Positions 9,353-18,436 of a DNA stretch of 49,395 bases are shown here, in pieces; the first letter of the stretch is position 1; each line of letters begins with the position of its first letter. The stretch is from positions 1 to 49,395 of the forward strand of contig DAONDW010000001.1 of assembly GCA_035402785.1 (NCBI GenBank). Reading direction: 5' to 3'. Position numbers and translations under genes: made by a program. Source of the DNA: Methanothrix sp. (lineage in GTDB: Archaea > Halobacteriota > Methanosarcinia > Methanotrichales > Methanotrichaceae). Under the pieces are notes generated by a model. That model worked only from the letters and a program-made list of their open reading frames with translations, was not told the DNA's origin and ran no database searches.

Positions 9353-9601
9353 TTAGAGCTTTTTAAACAGTAGATCCGATACCAAAAGAGCAGGCTGCTG
9401 GCGGGGAAGATCCGGCGAATCCCTTACCGCCTCCAGCACCTTTTTCGCTGCCGAGCACCTCTCCGCCCTGGAAGCATCTGCCGCCATCAGCTCCAGGTCC
9501 TCAACATCAATCTGGCCCATCTTGAATTTTGTTACCAGGATGCCGGTCATGACGGCATCGCTATGCTTCGCTTTCTTAGCCAATTTTGCCCAATCTCCCA
9601 T
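9353..9601 (-). CDS. Hypothetical protein
   Basis: 82-aa ORF; its partial duplicate at 7455-7600 keeps the same reading frame. Confidence 0.7.
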   Translation of the reverse strand: MGDWAKLAKKAKHSDAVMTGILVTKFKMGQIDVEDLELMAADASRAERCSAAKKVLEAVRDSPDLPRQQPALLVSDLLFKKL

Positions 9602-9729
9602 CTCAGTTGTTGAAGAAGGTATTAATCCCCCTCGCTCCAGCTCGGCGCTAGATCCAGAATTTTAATGATGATATTAAACGCAAGTGTCTATTAATATTAG
9701 GGAATGCATCTAGAGCCTGGAGTGCAAAA

Positions 9730-10137
9730 ATGAGACTTAGAGTAATCAGCGCCAGAAATGAAATCCCAAATTTGAACCCAAATGAGAAGACAGTTCACCT
9801 GGCTTTCCGGGCCAGCAATGTAGATTTCCTAAACCTGATGCAGAGATGTCCCAGACTGAGGATGATTCAGGTCCCGCCATCCTACCGCAAGACCATGTCC
9901 AGTGCCATCCAGGTATTCCTGGAGATGCAGGGAATCGATATGCTGGAAGGCGACGTATGGGGCCACAGAAAGGATCTGGATGAGTACTTCACCGTGGAGG
10001 ACAGCACGCTCGAAGAGATTCGCGCCCTGGCTGCCAGCGGCGCATCCGCAGATGAAGTGGCCAACCAGATTCAGAGAAAGGCCAGGATCGGCCCGGAGCT
10101 TATCAAGTACATCGCCAAGACCAAGATTACCGCTTGA
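9730..10137 (+). CDS. DUF1699 family protein
   Basis: NPNEK.VHLAFRASN.D...CP.L..IQVP.SY..T.S...LEGDVWGHRKD..EY signature of this Methanosarcinales family. Confidence 0.9.
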   Translation: MRLRVISARNEIPNLNPNEKTVHLAFRASNVDFLNLMQRCPRLRMIQVPPSYRKTMSSAIQVFLEMQGIDMLEGDVWGHRKDLDEYFTVEDSTLEEIRALAASGASADEVANQIQRKARIGPELIKYIAKTKITA

Positions 10138-10231
10138 GCCCGGACGCCAGTCCGGCTCAATTATCTATCTATTTTCCAGTCCTGCGGCTCTTGACCGCCA
10201 ACTACAAATATCTATAACGATTATATAGATA

Positions 10232-10738
10232 GTTTGCCGCTTCGTGCCATGAAGGGTGGCGGGCGTGCCGTGGGCTTAACGAATCCAATGATGCTCTGAT
10301 GACAAGGGCCTTTGCTCCACCGCGGAGCAGTTTGCCGCTGGCTCCTAGGGCTGGCTGATAAAACCCCTTGGTACAGGAGATGCATGCCGTCGCGGCCTGC
10401 ATTTGGCTTCGGAGCCTGTGAGGCTGAAACTTTCGGCGGGCTGAAAAAGTTGCGCGCTGTGAAAGGCGCAGCAATCCGCTGGATCTCACGCTAATACACG
10501 GTCGGGAGCACGTTGCGGCAAAAGTCGAGGCAAGAGGGCGAGCACGAGGCCCCATGAAAAGGGTTCCGGAAATTCGGACGCTGTGTGAGGTTCCAGCGCT
10601 ACTGCCGCCTTCAAAGCCCGGCTTAAAGTCGAGCTTCGGGCAGGGTCAGGTCGTCACTTCGCGGTGATTGGCTCTTCTGCGGAGGGCGCTGGGGATTTCG
10701 GCGCTGACCTGCCTGGGACTTGATATCGCATTTTCTTG
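10232..10738 (+). ncRNA. Candidate ~500-nt highly structured non-coding RNA (or ssDNA structure)
   Basis: Nested helices with G-U pairs that work only on the + strand; TATA-like TTATATAG at 10221; T-rich end at ~10730; no credible ORF. Confidence 0.55.
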
Positions 10739-11474
10739 ATGACTTCTCTCTGGGGTGGAGATGATATTTTCTAAACTTGAAGCGAAAGCCTTTTATCTCG
10801 GCAATTGACGTATAGTTTATTGGCGAAAGTCGATGGCTATTTTTCCCTCCTACATCCAATTGACTTTCTCCTCCCTCCTTCTTATCCATCTTTCATGAGA
10901 TCCTACAGCGTCCTGCCTCAGCTTTCTCAAAGAAAGACTTATAGCCTGACTCGTCCTTCATTCCTCCCAGAACGCCAGCCATTAGGAGGAGAGAGGCAAT
11001 TTAGTCGGAGCAATGGGGCTTGAGGACTGGCCAGGCCCGCAGCTCCATTTATCTCATTAGCATAATCGATTTTACCGGCTCGCTGCTCTGCTATTCCGAA
11101 AGAAATGCATTTTACACGCTCCACATTATACAACCGTTCCAAATCGGACTAAATCCTCTTCGGCCCAACTGCCTATTCCATACCTTATGAACTCACTAAT
11201 CAAGTTAACTTGATTGGTCTACTCGTATCGATCATTTCAGGCCAATGCTAGCGATCATGAAGACCATTTTTTCTATAGCACATCATCATGGGGTTTGAGT
11301 CGGAAAGTATCCTTATAATAATCGATTTAAGCATATCGGAAAAAGAATAGATGTATTACAGGTTACACGCATTGCTTTGAGCTGGAACCAGCTTATATCC
11401 CTCTGCTCATTTGATCTGATTTATCTACCGTTGGTTGATAGTACAGGGTGTAAAGTTGGAGTGTGAGGGCGATT

Positions 11475-14255
11475 TTAAGGAACGCCATTAGCACCAACTA
11501 CATTCCCATTGGCATCGGTCTTGATTAGCAAGACATCTGTGTCTCCTGCGCCGTATGAAAAAGTGGTGCCAGCGATTATGTATCCTCCGTCGTTCGTTTG
11601 TTGCACTTCGCTCGCAATATCACTTTTTGATCCGCCAAAAGTCCTGTCCCAGATTTTGTCCCCTGATGAATCGGTCTTGATCAGCCATATATCACCTGTG
11701 CCATAAGAATCTGTATCTCCAGCGATAATGTACCCGCCATCGTTTGTCTGCTGGACGGAAGATTTGTAGAAACCATATCCAACGAAAGTCTTGTCCCAAG
11801 CTTGGTTGCCTGATTCATCGGTCTTGATCAGCCGTGCATTATTTTCTGCTGTACAAGCGATAATATATCCGCCGTCGCTCGTCTGCTGGACGGAAGGTTT
11901 GGCGTGATCCGATCCACTAACGAAGGTTCTGTCCCATAATTTGTTGCCCCTGGCATCAGTTTTTATCATCCAATAATCATAATTGTGACTATTGAGGTCA
12001 TCAGTATCAGAACCAGTAACGCCCGCTATGATGTAGCCGCCCTCTCTCGTTTGCTGGACGGAATATAAGGTAGCGTGATCAAACTCCGATCCACCAAATG
12101 TCTTGTCCCATAGCTTATTTCCTGAAGAATCGGTCTTAAGCAGCCACGCGCCCTTGTCTCTTTTTCCGGCAATAATATATCCGCCGTCGTTCGTCTGCTG
12201 GACAGAACTTGCGAAATTAATCTCCGATCCACCAAATGTCTTGTCCCATAGCTTATTTCCTGAAGAATCGGTCTTAAGCAGCCAGGCATCAAGGGGTGTA
12301 ACATATGCATCATTATATGCACCATCATAATTAGTTATACCACCGATAATATATCCGCCGTCGCTCGTCTGCTGAACTGAATATGCCTCTTGTCCGCTGA
12401 AAGTTTTGTCCCATATTTTATTCCCAGAGGAATCTGTTTTGATCAGCAATGCATTACCATTGGCTTCTGTGGCCATAATTGGACCGGTACCTCCCGCGAT
12501 AATGTACCCACCATCGCTCGTCTGCCGGACTGAGTGGGCCCCATCCAGCATCGAACCGCCAAATGTCTTTTGCCATGATTCTACAGCTGGCGCTATTATC
12601 TCAAATTTATAAGATCTACTGTCATCTACCCCATCTGGATCGGCATGCTTTCCATCCCTCACATGAACCTCTATCTGATATGATCCAGGTTCATTGGGTG
12701 TCCAAGTCCATTTATTCTCTTCAATCCAGTCGGTCTTTGGTTCGTCGTTCAGGAAGAATCTGTAGAGAATTTGATCGCCATCAGGATCTGATGCATCTAC
12801 AGTCCAGATGATAGCCGCTCCGACCTCTTGCGGGCTCTCTGGCTCTGCCATTAGGACAGTTACCAATGGAGGCTGATTGGCCGGAGGCAACCTAAAACCA
12901 AAGTCGATCTCCGATTCATGAGTATCGACTAGATCGATCGTTTTGATACCCTCAGGGACTGTAGTCGTCCAGTTCCCTTGTACTACAGCACCTAATTCGT
13001 AGCTTCCAGGCTGAAGCCCAGTAAAAATGTAGTACCCTTTTCGATCAGTCTTCACAGTGACTAAGTTCCCATCGGGTTTCTCTAGCAGAACATCCCATCC
13101 CACCAGGCCTGCTTCATCAGTGCCCTTAACGCCGTCGCCGTTTCTGTCGTCAAAGATCCGTCCGGAGATAGAGAGCGCACCTTGTGACTCAGGCGCACTT
13201 CCCGGCGTGATATAGAAACCTGAAGCACTGCCTTTCAAGCATCCTGGTGCGTCCGCAGAGATGAAGAACGTCCTGTTCTCTGAAGGTGTCTGGTCAGGAG
13301 ATGTGTACTCGATCACATATGTCCCGGTAAGTATTCCCTGGATCTGCTTCAGTATGGTTGAGAAATCTGCTGAATTTATATCAATCCACAAACCGCTCGC
13401 TTCGTCACCTAACTCTCTCATATCTGCATACTTTGGTAGATTTGAACGTGGCACATTTGGATCAACATTTGATTTACGGAAATCTGGAGACACGGCTATT
13501 AGCATAACACTTGAATTCAATAGATCGCTTTTGACATCGTCCATTGTATAAGCTGAACTGGATTTTCCATCACCTTTCTGCTGGGATGGTTCATCCGTTA
13601 CCACGAGGATGACCTTCTGAGCATCGGGCCTAAATCCGAAAGACAAAGCCCTCTCTATTCCGTCAAGCGAGTTTTCTGGCAACTCGGTGTTTCCTCCAGA
13701 TGTGGTGAGTTTACCTACCACATTTCTAAAAGAGTCAGCATCGTTGGTCCAATTGATCCTAGTTGTTACATCTGCGCCATTGAATGTGACCAAAGAATAT
13801 CTGGCATCAAGCCTGCTAGAATTGATTTTTTGGGTCAGGTCCTTGACCTTCAATTTTAGAGCATTTATTTTAGCATCCATGCTATTTGTTTCATCAAAGA
13901 CGATCGCCAGGTCAATCTTCTGACCTGAAGCATTTCCGCTGAAGTAGACATTATCAATTGCGACATCGTTGTCGTCTTCCTTAACCTTGAAGTCATCCTT
14001 TTTGAGGTTCCCGGACATAGCACATAATTTATCGATTAAGATATTAGCCTTTATTTTTGGGAAGGCAGTTGAATCAATTCCGAGAATTTTGATCCCATTA
14101 TTTTCAGAAGACGCAATTGACTTTGATGCAGCACTAACGGTTGGGGAATCTAATGTGGGTTGTGCTTGTGCGTTCTCTGTAGTTATTATATTAATTGTTA
14201 CTAAAATTATCAATAGGACTATCATACATTTGCTCATAATTTCCCTCAAGATCAT
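11475..14255 (-). CDS. Secreted/cell-surface protein: VWA + SdrD B-like + Y_Y_Y-like Ig domain + beta-propeller repeats
   Basis: Signal peptide; DETNSM MIDAS-like motif and VVTDEP; ISGRIFDDRNGDG; repeats of SVQQTxDGGYIIAG...LLKTDSSGNKLWDKTFGG. Confidence 0.88.
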   Translation of the reverse strand: MILREIMSKCMIVLLIILVTINIITTENAQAQPTLDSPTVSAASKSIASSENNGIKILGIDSTAFPKIKANILIDKLCAMSGNLKKDDFKVKEDDNDVAIDNVYFSGNASGQKIDLAIVFDETNSMDAKINALKLKVKDLTQKINSSRLDARYSLVTFNGADVTTRINWTNDADSFRNVVGKLTTSGGNTELPENSLDGIERALSFGFRPDAQKVILVVTDEPSQQKGDGKSSSAYTMDDVKSDLLNSSVMLIAVSPDFRKSNVDPNVPRSNLPKYADMRELGDEASGLWIDINSADFSTILKQIQGILTGTYVIEYTSPDQTPSENRTFFISADAPGCLKGSASGFYITPGSAPESQGALSISGRIFDDRNGDGVKGTDEAGLVGWDVLLEKPDGNLVTVKTDRKGYYIFTGLQPGSYELGAVVQGNWTTTVPEGIKTIDLVDTHESEIDFGFRLPPANQPPLVTVLMAEPESPQEVGAAIIWTVDASDPDGDQILYRFFLNDEPKTDWIEENKWTWTPNEPGSYQIEVHVRDGKHADPDGVDDSRSYKFEIIAPAVESWQKTFGGSMLDGAHSVRQTSDGGYIIAGGTGPIMATEANGNALLIKTDSSGNKIWDKTFSGQEAYSVQQTSDGGYIIGGITNYDGAYNDAYVTPLDAWLLKTDSSGNKLWDKTFGGSEINFASSVQQTNDGGYIIAGKRDKGAWLLKTDSSGNKLWDKTFGGSEFDHATLYSVQQTREGGYIIAGVTGSDTDDLNSHNYDYWMIKTDARGNKLWDRTFVSGSDHAKPSVQQTSDGGYIIACTAENNARLIKTDESGNQAWDKTFVGYGFYKSSVQQTNDGGYIIAGDTDSYGTGDIWLIKTDSSGDKIWDRTFGGSKSDIASEVQQTNDGGYIIAGTTFSYGAGDTDVLLIKTDANGNVVGANGVP

Positions 14256-14373
14256 ATGGACTCGTTGATACCCAACAAATTAAAAGTTTTGCATTCAATG
14301 TATTACAAGAATATTCAATGCTACAGCCTTTACGCCTGGAAACAGTCCTGAAAAAATGTAGATAGGACTGAGC

Positions 14374-16809
14374 CTACTCGCTATAACCCAACTCCTTTGC
14401 TTTGGCAAAGGCAGCATCGGATTCGGTGGTTTTTCCGAGGGCTTTGAGAGCTTTGCCTTTCTCGTTCCAGATCAGGGAAAGATTGGGATCGAGTCTGATC
14501 GCCTCATCATAAGCCTTGATGGCCTCCTCGTACTTACCCTGTTTACTTAGTACAAAGCCTTTATTCATCCAGTCTTCGAGATTATTGGGATTCATCCAGA
14601 TGGCTTCGTCAAAAGCCTTGGCGGCTTCGTCAAGAGCCTTGATCGCCTCATCATGTTTGCCCTGAGCCTCAAGTGCATTGCCTTTGCAAATCCAGATATG
14701 GCCATCGTTGGGATTCAGCCTGATGACTTCATCATAAGCCATGATAGCTTCATCGTACTTGCCCTGGCTATCAAGTGTCATGCCTTTGTTGTACCAGGCT
14801 GTGACATCATTTGGATCTAGCCTTATAGACTCTTCATAAGCCATGATAGCTTCATCGTTCTTCCCCTGTTGGCCGAGATCATTGCCCTTGTTGGACCATT
14901 CTAAGGAAAGATCGGTATCCGGCCTGATGTCCTCGCCCTCAGCAATAGAACTTGAGTCCGTCGCTGAGGTATTTTGTTGCGTAATTACATGGTGCCTATT
15001 GCCGAAGAGCACATCTTCTTCTTCGTCGATATAGCCATCCAAGACAGCTCGTTCAATGTGATCCTGAATCTCAGGAGGTATCTCCTTGATCTCGACGATA
15101 TGATCTCTTATGCTATCAAATTCGACACCGCCTCCACGGAAAAGACTTGTTTCAGTAGTTGTATTTTGCCTGCATTTGTATTCCCCATTATAAAAAGAAT
15201 AAACATATTGGTCCCAAATCTCTTTAGGACTCCATTGGTTCTGCGATTTTAATATACCAGACGGATTCAAACTGCCTCGGAAGATATCCATAGATGGGTC
15301 TATCCGAGATTTATACCATTGGGCCAAGGCAAGAGCGACATACACATTTCGAAGATCCTCATAATTTTTTCCATGATTCACATCGGCAACGATGTATGGC
15401 TGTATCATGCTCATCTCAAGCTCACTGTTGTATTCGCTATATTCTTTGACAGATTTTTTAAGCTCATCGAGACAACCTATCGAAAGTGTTGCATTATCCT
15501 GATTACGCACGCTGAAGGACCAGTGATCAGTAGTATCTGTATTTAGTCCAGAGTTAATTGTTAATGTTGCATTAATGATATAGATCTGAGTACCATTTGT
15601 ATAAGCGTATACCTTGTCAGGAATGATCTCATGCCTAGTCACTACGTGGAACTGGACGTTGTGGATGTCCTTTATCTCTCCGGGGAACTTCTTCATGCAT
15701 TGCTGAACGAGATCTTTGCGCTTCTTATCTAAGAAATTCCAATAAGTCTTGCCAGTCTCGTTGGCACATGGATTCTCATAATTGCTAAAGTCTCTCTTCA
15801 TCTGGAGGTCAGCTTCAAGCATAATTCTTCCGATTTCAGACTGCTTAAGCCGTTCATCGATAATTTCATCTGGCCCCCAGGGGTTCAGATTGACCCAGAA
15901 TTTATCATCGGGAATAGCCAAACCAGTCACGAATGCGGTTGCACCTATCAAGGTGGAATTTATTGGATTGATTCCAGGATTCGTTCCCTCAGCGTTGTGT
16001 GCTTTGAGTATCAAGTCAAAATTTATACCGCCTTCTTTATCGGTGCTCACAGATATGCAGTTCAGTTTGATCGAGGTGAAATTGATTCCGCCTAGATCGC
16101 TCGCCGAGACTGGATTCTCTGCACCTTTAACCCTACCATAACCAAAAAAAGATGATTTATATTTTTGTTTCCATTCCTTATAGCTTATTTCTTTTACACC
16201 TCCAACCGTTGAATGAATAACCTGACCATCACCTGCATATATTCCGACATGGTCTATGTCTGTTCCTTTCTCTTCTGTATTAACGTATAGCAAATCTCCT
16301 GGCTGCAGTTCATTTTCAGCTGGAGGCGCAGTGAATTCCTTCTTGAATTCCCACATTTTTTTATCTTTCCATTGGTCATTTGCACCATATCGGTCCACAA
16401 TACATTCCGAGCATACGTCATTTCCATTTTCTAATGAGGGCCGCGAAGTACTTTTTAGTCCTGCTGCCCTATTGAACGCCCAAAAAACCAAGCCAGAACA
16501 ATCGATGCCCTCTTCCTTGACAACTCTACTATCCATTAATTCATAATTAGAATATTCGCCTTTCTTATTCTGGTATCCAGCCCCTTTAACACTTCTGGCG
16601 AGATTCACCATTTTTTGACCTAGTGTTTGCTGCTGTCGCGTGGTCGCAGAATTCGATGGCACCTTGTCTATTGCCTGAGTAATTGGTTGCAAGCCTTGCG
16701 AAAGAGCCACCTCGCTAGAATACTGCTGTACGTCAATGCCACCCACAACTCCTGAAAATAGCATTATCATAAGTACCATGAATGCTAAAGACCGAATTAT
16801 CAAGCCCAT
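14374..16809 (-). CDS. Secreted NlpC/P60 (C40) peptidase with C-terminal TPR repeats
   Basis: GIDCSGLV...PGDLLY...DHVGIYAGDGQVIHS; TPRs (WYNKG..L...GKYDEAI.AYDE.IRL.P); likely start ATG 16809 followed by a signal peptide. Confidence 0.88.
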   Translation of the reverse strand: MGLIIRSLAFMVLMIMLFSGVVGGIDVQQYSSEVALSQGLQPITQAIDKVPSNSATTRQQQTLGQKMVNLARSVKGAGYQNKKGEYSNYELMDSRVVKEEGIDCSGLVFWAFNRAAGLKSTSRPSLENGNDVCSECIVDRYGANDQWKDKKMWEFKKEFTAPPAENELQPGDLLYVNTEEKGTDIDHVGIYAGDGQVIHSTVGGVKEISYKEWKQKYKSSFFGYGRVKGAENPVSASDLGGINFTSIKLNCISVSTDKEGGINFDLILKAHNAEGTNPGINPINSTLIGATAFVTGLAIPDDKFWVNLNPWGPDEIIDERLKQSEIGRIMLEADLQMKRDFSNYENPCANETGKTYWNFLDKKRKDLVQQCMKKFPGEIKDIHNVQFHVVTRHEIIPDKVYAYTNGTQIYIINATLTINSGLNTDTTDHWSFSVRNQDNATLSIGCLDELKKSVKEYSEYNSELEMSMIQPYIVADVNHGKNYEDLRNVYVALALAQWYKSRIDPSMDIFRGSLNPSGILKSQNQWSPKEIWDQYVYSFYNGEYKCRQNTTTETSLFRGGGVEFDSIRDHIVEIKEIPPEIQDHIERAVLDGYIDEEEDVLFGNRHHVITQQNTSATDSSSIAEGEDIRPDTDLSLEWSNKGNDLGQQGKNDEAIMAYEESIRLDPNDVTAWYNKGMTLDSQGKYDEAIMAYDEVIRLNPNDGHIWICKGNALEAQGKHDEAIKALDEAAKAFDEAIWMNPNNLEDWMNKGFVLSKQGKYEEAIKAYDEAIRLDPNLSLIWNEKGKALKALGKTTESDAAFAKAKELGYSE

Positions 16810-17192
16810 AAATCTCACCAAGTATTGTTTAAAGATTGAAAGATCTAACGAAAAACCTTTGGGTGGCTGATAACATATTCGCAACTCTATCTTGATGTCT
16901 TGCAAGTTGCACGCTCTTGAATATCCAGTCTATTCCGGTCAGAATCAGAGGCTGCAATATTTTTATAAACATGCTTTCGATCTCGAAAGGCCTGATGTTA
17001 CGCTCCAGGTTCTATTTCAAATTTTGGCTCTATAGGTTGCGATTTTTCGAGAACGAGCAATTGTCGATAAATCATTCCATAGTGCCCTGGAATGATTTGT
17101 TTGCCAGAAGCGATTCGTGACCATCCAAGCCAAATGAGAAAAGAGCGAGAAGATTTGCAGTTTATACGCATATCTCTTCTAATCGAGCTGCT

Positions 17193-17585
17193 TTAGATCC
17201 TTGCACTCACCGGCCCGAATCCATGCAGATCATATGCCTCCTTCACCAGCGCCGGTGCCACCGTGGCGTAGATCTCCGTCATAGAGAGCCTCTTGTGGCC
17301 CACCTGCTTCTGAATCATTGGCACCGGCGCACCCACCATCAGCGCATTCACCACATGGCTATGCCTGAGGATATGAGTCGTCACCTTTTCCTCCGAGAAA
17401 GCTTCTGCCTGGGCGAAACCACCTGGATCCCAGCCTCTTCTGCCAGGCGGTCTATGGTCCTCAGCACGTCTTGGTGCTCAGGCGACCGGAGCTCCGGCCG
17501 GGGAAGCTCCACTTCGATCCAGTTGCAGTCTCTCTTGTATGGCCTGCAAAGATCCTTGATTCACCCGGACGGCCCGGATTTACGC
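17193..17585 (-). pseudogene. Frameshifted, 5'-truncated tyrosine integrase
   Basis: HILRHSH...VGHKRLSMTEIY; upstream GRLSTK/LRTIDRLAEEAGI lie in shifted frames; paralog of 8900-9155. Confidence 0.88.
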
Positions 17586-17591
17586 CATAGT

Positions 17592-17661
17592 CATGACTCT
17601 TGACTCCAGACTCTTGAATCCTGACCCTTGCATCCCGAAGCAAGAGACCAGAGTCAAGCAC
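17592..17661. repeat. Ten phased degenerate 7-bp repeats (consensus CNNGAST) upstream of parA; candidate centromere/operator
   Basis: CATGACT CTTGACT CCAGACT CTTGAAT CCTGACC CTTGCAT CCCGAAG CAAGAGA CCAGAGT CAAGCAC. Confidence 0.7.
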
Positions 17662-17695
17662 AATGCTTATAGACATTCATGAAGAGTTTACAGTT

Positions 17696-18436
17696 ATGGA
17701 GGTAATAGCGGTAGCCAACCAAAAGGGAGGGTGCGGCAAGACCACGACGGCGGTGAATCTCGCCGCATATCTCGCCCTGCGAGGATCTCACGTCCTTTTG
17801 ATAGACCTCGATCCTCAGGGCTCTTCGACCACCCATCTTGGCATTGACAAAGACAACCTGCCCAGGAACATGAACGAGGTCATGATGGACAGGGCAAAGC
17901 TGAAGGAGATCATCATGCCCACGACTGTAAATGGGCTAGACATCGCTCCCACAAATAATGACCTCGTTGAAGCCGATGCAATCCTAACCAGCAAAGTGGG
18001 CAGAGAGAAGCGGCTCAAGAAGAAGGTCCTGGAGCTGAGCTATGATTACATCATTATCGACACACCCCCAGCTCTGGGCAACATGACCCTGAACGCCCTT
18101 GTGGCCAGTGATAGGGTCATTGTCCCCATCCAGGTGGAGTTCTTCGCTGTAGAAGGCTTGAAGACGCTCATCAGAATGCTGGACGAACTGGATGAGCTTG
18201 GCTATCAGCCCCAGAGAAGATATCTGCTGACCATGTGCGATAACCGGCGAAAGATAACCGAAGAGGTATCCTCCAAGATCAGGAGCCTATTAGGAGAGGC
18301 CGTCTTCAAGGTCGTTATTCCCGAGAACGTGCGGCTTGTCGAGGCTCCATCCCAGGGCTTGCCAATATGCCTCTATGATGCATCCTGCTCAGGGGCACTG
18401 AGCTACAAGGACCTAGCAGATGAGGTGGCAGCATGA
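17696..18436 (+). CDS. parA: ParA/Soj family partition ATPase
   Basis: NQKGGCGKTT deviant Walker A, IDLDPQG, IIDTPP, EAPSQGLP; start may instead be 17663. Confidence 0.95.
   Translation: MEVIAVANQKGGCGKTTTAVNLAAYLALRGSHVLLIDLDPQGSSTTHLGIDKDNLPRNMNEVMMDRAKLKEIIMPTTVNGLDIAPTNNDLVEADAILTSKVGREKRLKKKVLELSYDYIIIDTPPALGNMTLNALVASDRVIVPIQVEFFAVEGLKTLIRMLDELDELGYQPQRRYLLTMCDNRRKITEEVSSKIRSLLGEAVFKVVIPENVRLVEAPSQGLPICLYDASCSGALSYKDLADEVAA

Noticed and set aside
10296-10375. Hammerhead ribozyme (CTGATGA followed by a stem)
   Set aside because: The stem is followed by GTAC rather than the required GAAA, and no stem I/III arrangement was found
10232-10738. RNase P RNA, SRP RNA or group I/II intron
   Set aside because: No GAGGAAAGTCC, SRP helix-8 motif, group I P7 (R/S) elements or group II domain V recognised by eye; an Rfam search is still needed
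10202-11142. Short ORFs across 10.2-11.1 kb
   Set aside because: Overlapping, without SD or recognisable motifs; likely spurious in GC-rich structured DNA
11500-12570. Near-identical DNA repeats as a DGR template/variable pair or CRISPR array
   Set aside because: They are in-frame beta-propeller blade repeats; no reverse transcriptase or cas genes in the window
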